In this document: piece by piece, positions 30,506-51,259 of the stretch
How the letters are laid out: each line of letters starts with the position of its first letter
How positions within the stretch are numbered: position 1 is the first letter of the stretch
Assembly (NCBI GenBank): GCA_051294375.1
Contig: CM119264.1
Coordinates: 22,011,578 to 22,075,577 of the forward strand
Reading direction: 5' to 3'
Source of the DNA: Paraspadella gotoi
Taxonomy: Eukaryota > Animalia > Chaetognatha
Length of the DNA stretch: 64,000 nt
Position numbers and translations under genes: made by a program
Notes under the pieces: generated by a model
Databases searched by the model: none
What the model was told of the DNA's origin: nothing
Seen by the model: the letters and a program-made list of their open reading frames with translations, nothing else

Positions 30506-31649
30506 TGAGAGAGAGAGAGAGAGAAAAAAAAAAGGAAATAAGTTTGGTTCACTGACTTCTGGGAACAATTTTGACGTTTTTCTCGCCAGTTTGAGAAGCA
30601 GGAGGCAGGGCGCGACTTCTCTCCCCCCCACTTGCTTTCTTCGCCACACGCGCGTTACAGACGCTCACCATTTTCGGCGCCCTCCTCCCCACCCAGCCTC
30701 GCGGTCTCCATAGACCTCTCACAAATCCAACCCCGCGCGGCCCAACACTGCGTCGACCATCCCCATTCGGCCGCGACGGCGGGAAAGGTGAAAGCCGTTG
30801 CGGCGAGTTTCGCGCAGTTAAAATCCCATTAACCTTCCTTCTCTGTTCGACCGAGGAACAAGCTCCCGGCTATTTCCCGTTTTCGTTGCTACCTAGATGC
30901 TTGCTTCCGGCACCTTTTTAGTTGCTCTCTGATTTTTATAAAAAAAATATTGCTAAACGCTTTCACTGGTATTTTTTGCTCTTCTTCACAGGAGCTTTGT
31001 CACATTTTTTATTGAGAAACTTTTTTTTCCATCTCTACGTTTCGATGAAAAATTGACAAAGAAACGATTTAGGTTTTTATTATTCTGTCTCGCGATGTTA
31101 AATCGTTTGAACTCATGAAAGATTCAAAGATGGCGTCTTCACCTTTTTCTTCCGATCTCCTCGTTCACATCTTTGATTTCTTTTTTTCATTTCTTTACTC
31201 CTTCCCTTTATTTCTTTTTTCCTTTTCCCCTTATGGCTTTTCTTCCTATTTCTTACTTTCATTACGATGTCTTTTTCTTCTCTTTGATTTTTCTTCGCTC
31301 ATCTTACCTTTTCTTTCTGCTCCTTTTTTCCCCTGTTTTTCCTTATTTCTCTTATTCATCTTTCACTTTTCTTTTTCTTTCCTTTTTCGTCGTCGTTTAA
31401 TATTCGGTTCGCGTTTGACCCTAAACCCCAACCACTTCTTAGATTTGGAACAAATCTTTTTCCTCTTTTCATTTTTCATTTCCCGGATTTTTTTGGTTTT
31501 TTTTTCCTTTTTCTTTCGCTTTTGATTACCCTACATTTTTCTTTGTTTCTTAACTTGTTTCTTTGTTATAAACGCTTTCCTCCTGTTGTTTTTTTTCCGG
31601 CTTCATCATTGTATTTTCTGCAAGCCGTCCGCCAATATCAGAGACTCCC

Positions 31650-31680
<31 letters not shown>

Positions 31681-31732
31681 GCTTGCTTTCTTTCTTTCTT
31701 TCTTCGTTTCTTTCTTTCTTTCTTTCTTTCTT
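31650..31732. repeat. Compound (GCTT)n-(CTTT)n microsatellite
   Basis: Direct inspection. Confidence 0.9.
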
Positions 31733-31907
31733 TTATCTTTCGTTTCTTTTCTTTTAATCCTATCTTAGCCATCCTCTTCAATTTAATATTCCCACTCCAA
31801 GGCTTTCGAGAAAGACCAGTTAAAGAGGAAGAGGCTTGAAACTCTACGGTTGTTGAAAACCGAGATTAGATAACATTTGGCAAAACGATTTTTTGAGAAG
31901 GTGGAGT

Positions 31908-31957
<50 letters not shown>

Positions 31958-31979
31958 CGAGAGAGAGAGAGAGAGAGAC

Positions 31980-32028
<49 letters not shown>

Positions 32029-32336
32029 CGAGAAGAGAGAGAGAGAGAAGAGAGGAAAACGAGAGAGAGACTAGAATTGTGGCGCCAAGGATCTTGAAGA
32101 AGAGAAGGCGAGAAGAAAAATAAGAAAATGGCGCGAAAAGTCGGGAAAGTGAAAAGGAAAAGTTAAGGAAGGAAGGAATTAAAAGTTTGGTGAAGGATTA
32201 GATTTTGATGAGATCGTAGGAAATGAGAGAAGATAGCCGGTCGGGTATGAGATCTGTAGGTGAGCCGGGTTGGGCCGGGTTGGGCTAGGCGAGGACAACT
32301 AAACACACGTGAGGAAGTGGTCATTTTGTATAATTA

Positions 32337-32455
32337 AAACATTATCCCACTTCATTGATATTGATTACAGGCACTTTTGCAGACTGCCAGAGTGTCTTGA
32401 TTGAAAGCTTATTTATTGAATTAAAGGATACTTCTTATATTTGTCGTACCAATTT
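32337..32455 (+). mobile_element. Family A element, old internally deleted copy
   Basis: aaacattatcccacttcattgata..gtcttgattgaaagctt joined to atttattgaattaaaggata..gtaccaattt; the deletion runs between two agctt motifs of the full-length copy. Confidence 0.65.
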
Positions 32456-32612
32456 GAAAAAAAATGAAAAAGCTAAAAAATTTTCTTGCCAGAAAGAGTC
32501 GACCCTATTTTCTTCGTTATCCAAATGAGAATTTCAAAATTTCAGAATTTCGCAATCGCAATTTTTGAGAACAAAGAAATTGCGAAGAAAACGGAAATTC
32601 GCTTTTCTATTG

Positions 32613-32978
32613 TTTTTAGCTGCGCCGCGAGTACTTGCGGAGCAACTCTATAAGTCACTTTTCGGTCGGACTGTCGGTATGTCCATCTGTCGGCCTGTCC
32701 CACTAACATTAAAAATGCATATATTTCGCCTATAGTTGGTTCTTCATTTTTTAAGATAGAAAAAAACCTCAAATATAAAGGAATGCTAGCGCCGCCTTAA
32801 AAAATTCCTTAATCTATAAAGAATAATAAACATAATTGTGATACAGTGCATGTCATAAATACACGGTCAAAAAAAATTTTTAGTCATGTCATGTCATATC
32901 ATGTGATCAAAGGGAAATACACATTAAAATTAAGTCACTGCGGCGCAACACATTGGAATTACCGTTCTGGTTCTTGTT
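32613..32978 (+). mobile_element. Helentron-associated non-autonomous element (HINE/DINE-1-like), copy 2
   Basis: Starts TTTTTAGCTGCGCCGC with an imperfect 5' hairpin (32619-32646), then a GTCGG/CTGTC tract, a 3' subterminal inverted repeat GCGGCGCAAC (32940-32949) and a CTTGTT end. T-rich boundaries and no TSD, as established for HINEs. Confidence 0.8.
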
Positions 32979-34089
32979 TTCTTTCATTTGGATGACTTAT
33001 TTCTTTGCATCACTTTAGTCAAGCAGATCCGTTCTGAATGCAATGGGATAATTAAAAATCTTAAAAAGTAATAAAAAAGATACTCCTTAGATAATTGAGC
33101 CTTGGCAAAACTGCCCGGACACGAAAGGACAAAGGGACTGGAGGGACAAAAGCGGAATCCTTGGAAAAAAACGACAGAAAATATTGAAACAAAAGGCGAA
33201 GTTTTCAAGAAAACGGAAAAAACAAAAAAGAAAGAATATAAACATCGTACAAGAGTATATTACACAGTAACTTGGAGATTTCAATGCAAATAAAAGGAGA
33301 TTAGATAATATTACAACCTTCATTTTTCTTGACCTTTTAATCCTCAATTCTAAAAAAATACAAATAAAAGAACAGAAAAGACAAAAAAAAAAAACAAACA
33401 AAAAAAACAAAAAAAACAGATCGGTTTAAGCGAGACGCTTTGGTAAGCGAGTCTTCAACTTCTTTGGATCGTCCCACTTTTTTTTCTTCTTTTTTTTTCC
33501 TTTTTATTTTCCCATTTTTAGTCTTTTTTCTTCTTTTTTTCTTCTTTTTTCGTCTTATTCCATTATTTTCCCTTTTCGCGATTCACTTTAGTTTCTTCCA
33601 CCATTTTTCTATTTCTCTTTTATTTTCTTTTCTTTAAAATTGTTTCTTTTCCGATTCACTTACTTTTTTAATTGTTACGACTGCTTTTTCTTCCGTGTTT
33701 ATTCTTCGTTTTGTAGTTTCGAAATCGTTTCTTGATTTCTTCCTTTCTGTCCTCGTGATCTTATTTTCCTTCCTTATTTTCGTCCCTCCCTTCTCTTCCA
33801 TCTTTCCCTTTCTCCTTTCATATTCTCCCCTTTTAGTCTTCTCTTTCCCTTTATTCTTCTCCCACTATTAATTTCCACTTTCACGACTTTTAAAATTTTC
33901 TGCCAAAAAACTTTCCCAGCCTAATGCGTCTCCGCAGCTCGAGGTTTCCTTTAAATCGTTTCTTTAATATGAGTCGGCACTTTGTCTTGTCTTTCAGACC
34001 GTCTCTCTGTCACTAATCTCGCCTCTCAAACTCTCAAATATTTCGCTCTGTCTTTTTTTTTTTTTGGAAAGGAAAGGAGTCTCTTATTG

Positions 34090-34170
<81 letters not shown>

Positions 34171-34280
34171 CTCTCCTATTCTAAATATATAATTTCTCTG
34201 TTAACTCCCCCTAATCCTCGTTCCTCAGACATTCCTTAAAACCTTTTCCCTCACTCACTTTTCTCTCCCATCACCAGACC

Positions 34281-34417
34281 CTCCAATGCCCCCCTCTCCC
34301 TCCCCCACGCCCCTACATCTGTCCCCCTCTTCCTCTCCCCCATTTCTCCAATGCCCCCTCTCCCTCCCCCACGTCCCCCACATCTGTCCCCCTCTTCCTC
34401 TCTCCCCCATTTCTCCC
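34281..34417. repeat. Two-copy ~65-bp C-rich tandem duplication
   Basis: ctccaatgccccctctccctcccccacg..acatctgtccccctcttcctctc..cccatttctcc occurs twice. Confidence 0.8.
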
Positions 34418-35803
34418 GTCCTCCGGTCCCGGGCGTCTCGGCCGGAACCCAGATCCTTTTCGCTTTATTCATCTTTAATTCCTTCTTTTTTTTTTTTCCT
34501 CCGCTGGTAGTCGCGAGATCCGCCATTTTTAAACCGGATTATTTACATCCTCAAAGTTTAATCGTTTGATCGTTTACATCCGGGGGTTACGGAAAGTCGG
34601 GGAAGATCGAGGACGACGACCCTGGAAAGGTTTGCCGCTATTTTTCTTTTCGGACGAGCGCACGTCCCGGCGTTCAATTATCGCACAAAAAAAGGAAAAT
34701 GTACATATATATAACTAATTTAAAAATCATCAGAGCACCGCCTCTTTCTTTAGTAATTAAATCTCAATTTTTCTTTTAAACTGAAAGTCATCACTTTTCC
34801 CTTTATTATCGACCACCGAGGTCACTTGTCACTTGTCAATACCATCGTTTGAACCACGACCCCAATCGGCAGCATTGGAAATTTGCCCATCTGGGCATTA
34901 ACCCAGAAAACCAAGAGGACACTGACATCATTCAACCAATTTTTCCATCCTTTGATGTAGAAGAGAAACAAAGAGTGAAACGTGAAGATAAAACCTTAAA
35001 TAAACATTAAACAACTGACAACGGTTGTTTTCAGCTGTAAGCCGAGCCTCCCTGCGCGCCATCTTACGAGGATGTCCAGCCCAAGGTTTCGCAAGATGGA
35101 GGAAGATGACTTCGACGTCGTACGTTACCATCGTTATCGTTTATTCCGATTTCCAAACTTCTCTGTCCCCCAAGGAGTATGAGAGTACAGTTAATCGTCT
35201 TTAAAGCGACTTCGTCTTCGAAGAGAGTTCATCGGCGTACAGTCGTTCCCGGGAATAATGAATAAGAATGAAGTCGGAAATTTTCTCCTCATTTCGGGAT
35301 AAAAAGAAAAAAAAGGTTTATAGGGGTTGTGACGGTTTTTGCGGAAAGAAAGCTCCAAATTCATTATTTAAAAAAAAAAATTTAGAAAAGAAATATAAGG
35401 TAGTGGTCCTTTTATACCCCTTGAAACATTCGTTTTTTGGTAGTGGATAATAAACTAGACTGTGAGAATGTTTTGATTGAAAGCTTATGAATGAAAGGGG
35501 TGAGAAGGGATAATTTTTTAAGGGCGGACCAAAGTTATATATTTTTTTTTCCAATAGGGATAAGACTACCATGTAGAATTGTATGTTCTGATAGGGATGC
35601 ATACTGGGGAAAAGTCTATAAGGGCACCTTTATGTCATGAATATAATTTTAAAATACTTTAATGAAAATGACATTTTTTCTTTATCCTACTTTTTAATTA
35701 CTTTTTTTGTAATATTTTTTATATTTTATGTTTTGTGTAAATTCTTTCTTTTCGTTGTATTAGTAGATTTGTTAAGGAAAAACGAAAGTTTTTAATTGCA
35801 GAA

Positions 35804-35922
35804 ACCTGCTATGTTATTATCTTGTAGGTGTGATGGAGGCCTTAAACAAACCAAAGTCAGGGACAAGATAGCTTATTTATTAAATGAATGGATAATTTTT
35901 ATATTGGTTGTACCAATTTCAT
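35804..35922 (+). mobile_element. Family A element, right-hand part (a left-hand fragment lies at ~35421-35490)
   Basis: acctgctatgttattatcttgta..gatggaggccttaaac..caagatagcttatttattaaatgaatggataatttttatattggttgtaccaatttcat. Confidence 0.82.
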
Positions 35923-36787
35923 GCAATACGCGAGTTTAAAATATCAGGAATTGATTACCGCTTTCCTATAAAATTACAAATAATTAAGAAGACGCAAGGC
36001 GAGGGACAAACAGAGGATTGGATTAGGGTAAGTCTTTCGCAGCGCGAGGCGAAGGGGTCGGTCACAATGTTTTGCAGACATTGACCAAGGCCGCTATATA
36101 TTATTTGTATGATCTCTGGACTCCAAAAGGAAAATCTGGAGCTGTCATCTGTTGAAAATACAATTGTATGGGAGAGGATCTGGGGGCTGCCGAAAAGGGC
36201 CTCGCTTCGAAGAAACAGGGGCGAGGGGCCGCCTCAAATGACAGGGGCTGTCTCCGGGAAAGAAAGAAAAGGTTATGGCGGATTATATCGGGACGAAAAC
36301 GACGACGATGACGACGACGGCCACCACGACGAAGCCTTTCCTTCGCTTGGATGTCACCCACACATTTGACGCCTGTCCGGACGTAACACGTCCAAATGTC
36401 ATTCGCCCAGACGTTGCTCCCTTATGTCAGATCAAAAGTACGATCTGGGTATATTTATTATGAGATGGTAAATATTTCAAGTACCAGATTAGAAACTAAT
36501 AAATAAGAAGCAGTTTTGACAGACGTGTTCATAATAAATGACCTTTATAAATCAATCATGGAGATTGGTGAAGTAAGGTCGACGAATCGAAAAAGCAAAG
36601 AAAGAAATAAGTCAATAAGCAACGTTTTATGACAAACTTTTTATTTCAATAAGAAGCAAAATCTCTTTCTCCCATTTCTCATCTGAATAACGTTTTCTAT
36701 ATAGGAATCATTAATTGACAAATGGTTATTTTTACGTCGTCATTCTGGAATTATTGATACTAATTTGCTCGATCACAAATATCAAAA

Positions 36788-36884
<97 letters not shown>

Positions 36885-37665
36885 CTCCCACAAAAAGAGA
36901 GTATCCCTCTGTTCTTTTAATGCCAAGAAAAAGCTCCAAGCTCTCTCGTCATTTCGTTAATATCTAGAGAAAGAGTGAGAGACTCGTCGAGGTCAGAGAA
37001 TCAAAGGCTCTCGCTCTCTGTTATGTATAAGTGAATCGAATCGCGAGGAATTTCGCCGCTCGTAAAATCCATAAAAAAAAACTGGCCGCCGCGGGCTTTG
37101 GAGTCGCTATGCCGGTTAAGGGGAGGGGGATAGGCGATTGGTGGGCGTGGGGAAGTGCTGCCTGTAGGGGTTGGGGGTTGGTGTTGCGGTAAAATGACAG
37201 TTTATTAAATGTAAAAGTTCATGGTTTGGACATAAGTTTGACAATAATAATTATAATATAAATTGCTCGTTTCGATGTGATTATTTTTAATGCTGTTTTT
37301 TCTTTTAGATTAGATGAAACTGAATAAATCTTACCTATGTTGCTTTTTAGTCACATGAAATTAATAAAGATAACGAAATGGCAAAAAATTATCTTCTGCG
37401 TAGACAAGGTCAAAATACTGATCTTTGCTAACAATTTTTGTCACTACTGCAACAGACTGAAAGGTCATTATCGTGTGCGTACATAAAGTCGCAAAAAAAA
37501 CCGAATTTTTTGTCAGTATATCCTATATTTTGTATATTTTATGTACTATATCACAACATCGCAAAACTCGAGAGCGACAGAAAAAAAATGAGGACGAAGT
37601 TCGACGCGTCATCCTTCGACTTGAAGGCTTTATAGCTCTCTCTCGGTCGCACTCTCTTTGTCGCG

Positions 37666-37712
<47 letters not shown>

Positions 37713-38626
37713 AGAGAATTTTCATTTCTTTTTATTCTCTTTCCCATTCTCTCTCCTTCGGAGTCGTGGCATGGAACGAGTAGACAATTCTGAAGGACGC
37801 GAATTCTGAAGAAAAAAAGTATCGACGTTTGTCTCCGCCAATTTTTCTTTTCGGCCGAAGATCGAAAGAAGAAAAGTCGGCCAAACGAATAAAAAGAGAG
37901 AGAGAGTCGTTGGTAGTCGCTTCGACGAGGTTGGGGTTTCAAAAAATATGTCCTGATAGAAATTTTAAGTCTGGTGATGAAAATCTTCGTAGATAACTCA
38001 CTTATTTCTAAAAGCAACGTTAATTACAGTACAGAAGTAGGATTTTTGAGATTTAAGAGATGTTTTCTTCTCTCAAATTCAGAAACCAACGAAAAAGAAA
38101 GGAAAATATACTAAAACAGAAGTATAAATTTTTTTTTTAAGTAAGAAAGAAACTCATCGGAAGCTTTTCGCCATAAAACTTTGAATATAAGGAACGAGTG
38201 GGACAGACAGACGAAACGAATAACCGACCGACCGACCATCACCATCTGAAATAAGGTTTCCAGGTGATGGAAAAAGAAAAAATGAGCCAAGAAAAACCGC
38301 GAGGCCCATCCGGTTGGAATCGAATAATTTTTCATAATTACTTTTCATTAGCGTCACGTTGAGTCGAACGCCATTTTGGTTTTTACCGAAGCCTAATCAC
38401 TTTGCAGGGACAGGGAAAGAGGGGGGGTGGATGGGGGGGTGGAAGGGGGCCTGGAGGGCGAAGGTGGTTATTTTTATTCCTTTGCTAAACGAGAGACTTT
38501 TTTTTTTCTTTATTAAAAATTGCAAAATGTGAAATATTAATGGGGGAATTAGTTTCTGAAAGACTTGTTTTAAATATGCCCTTCTAATTTTTTTCTTGAC
38601 TTTGAGAAAGACAGAAAAAAAAAGGA

Positions 38627-46387
<7,761 letters not shown>

Positions 46388-46388
46388 T

Positions 46389-46425
<37 letters not shown>

Positions 46426-47526
46426 TGAACCCGAGAAGGAAACGAGTAGAGGAGAAGGGAGGATCCTCGTTTTAGAATTGGAAAACAGCGTCTAGCTTTT
46501 TTTTCTTTCTTTCTCGAGCGCATTTTGCATTTCAGATCGAAAAAGGACGAAAATAGCAGGCGAACGCCGCGTTTAGCTTTCAATATAATAACATTAAATG
46601 CAAATATTTGTATACATAATCATTGAGCGAGTCTTTCATATTTATTTTGACGTTCGGTATTTAAAAGTAGAAAAAAATAGATTTCCCCCTGAGTTATTGT
46701 CCAGAAGAAAGAGACGAAGCTAAAAAACAAAGCCTAACTTTTAACGCCCCCCTCCCCTTAATAAAGAACAATTAAGTCGTCAAAGTTGACCCCTTAACCT
46801 TAAAGAAACATTTGTCTCCCTTAAATAACCTTTTTTTTTCTCAGTTTCCTTTGTTGTTAATAAATCAGCTCAGGAATAAAAAAGAACTTCCCGCCAANNN
46901 NNNNNNNNNNNNNNNNNNNNNNNNNNNNNNNNNNNNNNNNNNNNNNNNNNNNNNNNNNNNNNNNNNNNNNNNNNNNNNNNNNNNNNNNNNNNNNNNNNNN
47001 NNNNNNNNNNNNNNNNNNNNNNNNNNNNNNNNNNNNNNNNNNNNNNNNNNNNNNNNNNNNNNNNCCGCCGGGACATAGTCTTGACGGGACGATGGGAGAA
47101 CGACGACGATGAGGTCAACGATGGGGATGACGAAGACGAAGACGACGACGAAGACGACGACGAGGACGACAATGATGTAACCGCTTCTTGCCTGAAAGTT
47201 AGGGGGGGGGGAAAGAGAGGTTGGAGTTGGATTAGAAAGAGAGGTTGGGGTTCAAAAGAGATGTTGGGGTTTGATTAGAAAAGTGAGGGAATCTTGAGGG
47301 GAAAAGAAAAGAGGTCGAAAATGTTGGAAAAAAGGGATCTGGTAGAGAAAAGAAAAGCGTTGAGAAAAAGAAGAAAAGAAAGAAGGAAAGGGAGGAAATG
47401 AAGGAAATAGAGGAAAAGGAAGAGGGAAGGAGAAAGGAAAGGGTAAGCGATGAAAAGAGGGAAGAAGGAAGCATAAAAATTTCAACGTCCATCCATCATT
47501 TAAAGGCGCAACCAAAAATAGCGCAG

Positions 47527-47701
<175 letters not shown>

Positions 47702-48331
47702 AGGGGAAAAGGTAGGCTTTGAAAGACAAACACTCATGGCGTTGCTAAACGAAGCTGTATACAAATGTACAGAGAAGCGAAAAAATGTACGATTTTGAAA
47801 GCACAACGAAACACTGGACTAACAAGCTTTAGATGTCGACAGCGATAGCGAGATTTTAATATAATATAATATAATACAATATCGTCAACGCAAGAGAAAA
47901 AAAAGGAAGACCTACAAAACAAAAAAGTTAAAAATAAAATTGGAAGAGAATGAAGATAAAAGAAAAAGGTTAAGTGAGGTGAGAGAAAGAGAAAAGAAAA
48001 GAGATAAGAAAGGTGAGACTGTGAGACGCAACAAACAAAAAACATCACGAAGACGCGAAATAGAAAAACATTTAAAAAAGAGACTTAAAACGAACTGCAT
48101 TTGTATAGATTTTTCAAACAAACGAATTTAACGATCGAAGGTTTCTCCCCCGATACCGAGTTTCGATAAAATATTAACCTTATCCGCCGAAGAGGCCGCA
48201 GCTGCCGCCGCCGCCGCCGCCGCCGCCGCCGTCATTCAGCCGCCGATCTCCGCAAGGACCGCCTGAATTTTTGAGGCCCCAATGCGGCGTCGTCGGCGTC
48301 GCAGCTGGAGACTTTGAGGCAGCGGCCGGCG

Positions 48332-48905
48332 CTACTTCGCCTTGGCCGGCGCCGGCGCCGCCGTTTGAGCGGCGCGAATCTCCTTGGCTTTCTTGGCGAT
48401 GTCCTCCAGTCTGGCCTCGCAGTCGGTCAGTCGGCCCATCAAAAGCTCCTGGGAAGAAAGGGAAAACGGCGAGGGGGAAGAGTAAATGCTGATGGTGGAA
48501 GTGATTATGTTAAGTGATAGTGATGATGATGGTGGAAGTGATAATGTTAAGTGATAGTGATGATGATGGTGGAAGTGATAATGTTAAGTGATAGTGATGA
48601 TGATGGTAATGGACGAATGACAGGAAAACTGGAAAAAGCAATAAAAGTAAACGATGCAGAAGAATATAATGATCGTTGTTTAGAAAACTGACTTTTAGGA
48701 CAACGTTGTACAAAATTTAAAAGGTTTTAGGTATACCTAAAAGGGCTCACAATTAATAACACTTACGATTTGTCAAAACCCTATCCGAGACAGACAGGCC
48801 CAACGTCTCTTTCTTCCAAACACTCACCTGGTTGCAGGCGATGGTGTCCAACTTGTCCAGCCTTCCCACAATCTGGGCCAATTTCTCTTCCATAACGTCC
48901 GCCAT
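48332..48905 (-). CDS. 64-aa coiled-coil microprotein, two coding exons (48905-48828 and 48448-48332), tentatively HSBP1-like
   Basis: AAAAAAATGG start context; donor CAG|GTGAGT at 48827; polypyrimidine acceptor ttttccctttcttcccag at 48449; phase-0 379-bp intron; upstream acceptor ttcttttctcgtttccag at 48930; GC-rich third codon positions. Protein: MADVMEEKLAQIVGRLDKLDTIACNQELLMGRLTDCEARLEDIAKKAKEIRAAQTAAPAPAKAK*. Confidence 0.8.
48491..48607. repeat. 37-bp intronic minisatellite, ~3 copies
   Basis: gatggtggaagtgataatgttaagtgatagtgatgat starting at 48491, 48528 and 48565. Confidence 0.93.
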
Positions 48906-49157
48906 TTTTTCCAACTTCTATTTATTCGCCTGGAAACGAGAAAAGAACGAATAAAGAAAGCGCTAATAAAATATCAAAAGAATTCAACGCGAAAGAAAAA
49001 AAAACGCTCGAAGTGAAGCAAAGACCAAAAACCAAGGCAGTTACTCGTTACAACTACTTCACGGTGAAGCATTCTAGCAGTCGCTTGCAGTCAGCCTGAA
49101 GAGGCTCTCGATCCAATAGGCGAGAGAGAGACAAGAGGGAAAGAGAGAGAGAGAGAG

Positions 49158-49209
<52 letters not shown>

Positions 49210-49827
49210 AGAGAGAGGTTATCTTGGCCTCCAACTTGAGTAGCGCAAAAATGATTTCACGACGCACGACGACGACGACGACGACGGACAATGACGATCG
49301 CTCTTCTCAACCTTCTCCCCCCCTTGCCCCCCCCACCCAACATCTTAAGCGATTTCTTCTCCAAAAATGTTTCGCGATATAAAGTCAACGAGGGCGAAGC
49401 GCTTTTTTTTTTAAATCGACGAATAAAATCGGCGAATGTTTTTCATAGTCACGTGACTTATCTCCGAAGCGAAAATCAATTTCGAAGAGAAAAATGTTTT
49501 TTTGTGGCTGAAAAATGATCGAAAGTCGAGGATTCGTGAGCAGCGGCGAGAGACCGAAGCATAGACACCATGGATGGTGGATGCTCGAAAAGCCAATTCG
49601 AGGCGATTAAGCCATGACTTCGTGAATATTGTAAAGGTCATTTATCAATGTAGTCAGGCTTTGATGCTTCCAACAAATATCGGGAAGATAAAGATATGGA
49701 GCGATGAAAAACATACAAACTTTGCTGTTTTAATCTCTATAAATCCTGTACCGAAACGACTGAAATCAAAACCATCTCTAATATATCACCACGATCGTGC
49801 AACGATCACTGCGCAATGAACCCGACC

Positions 49828-49890
<63 letters not shown>

Positions 49891-50211
49891 ACTTTTAATC
49901 TCTCTCAAAATAAACTCTTTTCAAATTTTTAATCTCTTGTCTCTAAGCTTTATTCATGTTTTGGTTCTTTCATCCTTTTCTTTTCCTCAAACTTCGTATT
50001 TTTAATTGTTTAATCAACATAGATGCAGAGCATGATGTGAAATTTAGCGGTCGTGTCTTACCCAGTAAAATAATAGTATTAAAAAAAATATGTAAAATGG
50101 GTGTAATAAGTAAACATTCTCCGATTAAAGAATTTAATATTCAAATAATTATTGTATTCGAATAAAGCTTAAAACATTAGCAGTCGTGAAATCCTATAAT
50201 TGACTATATCA

Positions 50212-50320
50212 TCAAAATCAAAACCAAAATCAAAATCAAAATCAAAATAATCAAAATCAAAATCAAAATCAAAATCAAAATCAAAATCAAAATCAAAATC
50301 TAAATCAAAATCGTCAAAAT
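50212..50320. repeat. (TCAAAA)n hexamer microsatellite
   Basis: Direct inspection; runs into the left inverted-repeat arm at 50314. Confidence 0.93.
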
Positions 50321-50687
50321 CTGTTTCACAAACATTTTAATTTTCATGAAATATTCTTGGTTTTTTTGGGAGGTTATATTATAACAACTTTTCATACAAT
50401 TGAAACATTCTTTGAAATATTTTCCACTTCATTGATAGGGAAGCCAGGTACTCTGGGAGTGAATAAACGAGACTGTGAGAGAGTCTTGATTGAAAGCTTG
50501 CAGGGACCTGCTATGTCATTATCTTGTAAGAGTGATGGAGGCCTTAAACCACCAAAGCCTGTCCAAAGTCAGGGGCAAGATAGCTTATTTATTAAATGAA
50601 TGGATAATTTTTATATTGGTTGTACCAATTTCATTTATAACCAAGAATATTTCATGAAAATTAAAATGTTTTTGAAACAGATTTTGA
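50314..50687. repeat. 49-bp inverted repeats (50314-50362 and 50639-50687) enclosing a family A element
   Basis: TCAAAATCTGTTTCACAAACATTTTAATTTTCATGAAATATTCTTGGTT vs the reverse complement of the right arm: 48/49 match. Confidence 0.92.
50389..50634 (+). mobile_element. Family A element, longest copy in the window
   Basis: ttttcatacaattgaaacattc...ggttgtaccaatttcat; homologous to five other loci here. Confidence 0.88.
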
Positions 50688-51203
50688 TGACGTATTCATC
50701 CGGGTATATTTTTTTAAGAAAAAAAAAAAAAAAAAGAAAAGTCGTTTCTCGGCTAATGAAGCCTCTTTATTCGAAGTACCTGGATCATTGGATCAACGGT
50801 TAACGAGGCGCGGCTTCGGGGCGCGAATGCTCTTTCCTCAATTTCATTTCGAGGGGAAAAAAGGGATTAAGATGGATTAGATGCGGTGTCAGGAAATTAA
50901 TCAAACTCGTTAGGAGAATCACTCATTTTATCAAAATAATATTAGGGTTACGATTTTAATTACCTTTAGTCGCTAGGCGATTATTAAAAATCTCAATATT
51001 AAACAATTAAAATGAAAAAAAAAAACCAAATGACAAATCGATAAAAAATTCACGTGGACGATCGCATCGACGCGTTCCTTCGTGAGACTTTCCGATTCGA
51101 GAGTCGCGACTCCTCTTTTCAGGCTGTAAGATTTTCTTCCCCGCTTCTCCTCTCTCTTCTCTCTCTTCTCTCCCTCTCTCTCTCTCTCTCCCTCTCCTCT
51201 CTC

Positions 51204-51259
<56 letters not shown>

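Noticed and set aside
48828-48905. Resemblance of exon 1 to the N-terminus of adenylyl cyclase-associated protein (CAP)
   Set aside because: The spliced frame stops after 64 aa and lacks the CAP helical domain; the similarity is generic coiled coil.
50357-50599. 80-aa ORF echoed at 14026..14397 and 55106..55312, suggesting a small gene family
   Set aside because: The shared peptide is simply the family A repeat; other copies carry deletions and rearrangements and no domain is recognisable.
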